A stretch of 32,458 nt of DNA from Bacteroidota bacterium. Lineage in GTDB: Bacteria; Bacteroidota; Ignavibacteria; UBA10030; SZUA-254. The notes beneath the pieces are model-generated. The model saw only the letters and a list, made by a program, of their open reading frames with translations, did not search any database and was not told the DNA's origin. This document shows, in pieces, positions 31,251 through 32,458 of this stretch. The position numbers and the translations under genes are program-made. The first letter of the stretch is position 1; every line of letters begins with the position of its first letter. Location of the stretch: assembly GCA_004322375.1 (NCBI GenBank), contig SCUC01000328.1:1-32458 (forward strand), written 5' to 3'.

Positions 31251-32132
31251 CTAGAGAGGATCCCATTCCCTAAAAAATCGTAATATATTTTTCCCATTGG
31301 TGTCTAGATTTATCTTATAGTTTGTTCTAATTTTATCCATATCGGGTTCAGACAATCCATACGCTGTTCCTTTAATGTCACTGCATTGTTTTGTATTAAG
31401 AGTGAATTCCAATTTTTTCAGGTTTGTATAATGATAGCCAAAACCAAGGAAACGAATTCGCTCAGCTTTTTGTAAAAGCGAATGTGCCTTAGCTAGCAAA
31501 CTTACATCTGCTTCTTCATCTATCAGTTTTAGATTTCGGCTCATCCCAAATATGACTTCTGTATCACTTGTAGGCTCATATGGAAAATGCCCACTGTGGA
31601 TTGGAAGTAATCCTAGGCTTCCATGGATATGAATTATTGGAATATTCTGAATAGCTCTTTTTTTTACATTGTCCGTTAATCCATAAAATCCTTCGGAAGC
31701 CATAGATAGATAATGTTCTAGTGATCTGTCATAATTAAAAGTTATAATAGAATTGGTCCCTCCTTCTAGATCCATAGAAGACATACCTTTTAGATGCTCA
31801 AATAAATAACCATACCAATTTTCAGGATTATTTCTATCATACAATTTGTGTTCAATTTCATAGTAAGTCAGTGCATGTGCTATAGCCAGTTTTCCTATCT
31901 CTAAAAATTCTTCTTTTCTTTGGATTAACAAATCATCAATAGCATCCGTAACAGAATTCACAACCGCATCTCTAAAGTTATCAATTTCTTTTTCTAAGAA
32001 TCCCCAGCTACTAAAATGTGATTTTTTACTCTTGAGAACACCGACAATGTCCCCAACCAATTTATGCCCTGAAGGAAATCCATACGGCATACTTGCCCCC
32101 GCTCCTAATATGAAAACAGTTCTCTTTGTCAT
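31251..32132 (-). CDS. Stand-alone SIR2-like (SIR2_2-type) protein.
   Basis: 293 aa with FILGAGASMPYGFPSG at the N-terminus, then ITFNYD and IHIHGS motifs. A strong SD GAGGAGG precedes it. It is visibly AT-rich compared with the adjacent gcvP. Confidence 0.75.
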   Translation of the reverse strand: MTKRTVFILGAGASMPYGFPSGHKLVGDIVGVLKSKKSHFSSWGFLEKEIDNFRDAVVNSVTDAIDDLLIQRKEEFLEIGKLAIAHALTYYEIEHKLYDRNNPENWYGYLFEHLKGMSSMDLEGGTNSIITFNYDRSLEHYLSMASEGFYGLTDNVKKRAIQNIPIIHIHGSLGLLPIHSGHFPYEPTSDTEVIFGMSRNLKLIDEEADVSLLAKAHSLLQKAERIRFLGFGYHYTNLKKLEFTLNTKQCSDIKGTAYGLSEPDMDKIRTNYKINLDTNGKNILRFFREWDPL

Positions 32133-32147
32133 ATCCTCCTCGTTTTT

Positions 32148-32458
32148 TTACACCTTCTCCACCTCATACGCCTCCACCGGTGGACAAGAGCAAACCAAAT
32201 TTCTATCCCCGTACGCGTTATTAATCCTCCCGACAGGCACCCAAAACTTTCGCTTGCTATATGCTCCAGCGATGGGTTTTCCGCCGAAGGCGGATCCGCC
32301 TTTGGAGGACATACCCATCGCTGATTTACCGCCCACACCCATCGCCGCCGCTTTCTCTCTCGAATACGGGAACTTCCACTCGTCGCTCATCAGCATAGCC
32401 GCAGTGTGAGGGGCGTTCTTCAAAACATTATTGTTCTTATCCGCTTTTCCTTCTTCGA
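32148..32458 (-). CDS. gcvP: Glycine dehydrogenase (decarboxylating), 3' end only (GcvP or the GcvPB subunit). The gene continues beyond the window.
   Basis: [23 protein letters not shown]...[28 protein letters not shown] matches the conserved GcvP C-terminus (NAPHT.. YSRE.. W P V.R.DN.YGDRNL.CSC). Confidence 0.85.
   Translation of the reverse strand, partial: EEGKADKNNNVLKNAPHTAAMLMSDEWKFPYSREKAAAMGVGGKSAMGMSSKGGSAFGGKPIAGAYSKRKFWVPVGRINNAYGDRNLVCSCPPVEAYEVEKV

Noticed and set aside
32032-32409. Plus-strand 125-aa ORF and minus-strand 69-aa ORF overlapping the gcvP 3' end.
   Set aside because: The 32148..32458 minus frame matches the highly conserved GcvP C-terminus. The others are shadow frames passing through the palindromic repeat.

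Overview
The window is dominated by a ~29.0-kb Mu-like transposable prophage (1033-30021). It has TG...CA termini, a 21-bp perfect terminal inverted repeat and conserved subterminal blocks. The early region encodes a leftward repressor, a ner-like HTH protein, a DDE transposase, a MuB-like ATPase and Gam. The tail module is siphovirus-type, with a tape measure and a -1 frameshifted chaperone. The left host flank (1-1032) is a ~640-bp cassette bracketed by inverted repeats that are perfect over at least 98 bp. It contains iteron-like repeats around one small membrane/zinc-ribbon ORF. The right host flank (30022-32458) carries a lipoprotein gene, a DUF4160/DUF2442 pair, an AT-rich stand-alone SIR2-like gene and the 3' end of glycine dehydrogenase. 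Several things go beyond routine annotation. (1) An AT-rich, self-promoted cassette (10331-11757) has a leader RNA with mutually exclusive folds, two nuclease-less homing-endonuclease-repeat proteins and a very acidic small protein. (2) The terminase/portal block (11756-16822) is inverted relative to Mu-family order. (3) REP-like palindromic elements shared by host flanks and prophage lie in-frame inside the large terminase and gcvP, and one supplies the tape-measure RBS. (4) Short-period (7-9 nt) stop/start-rich microrepeats and a conserved 40-bp TGATT element fill many late-gene junctions. (5) A 108-bp tandem repeat plus a terminator sits between the tail chaperone and the tape measure gene. 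(6) The prophage has no target-site duplication. All protein family calls come from motif recognition by eye, because no searches could be run.
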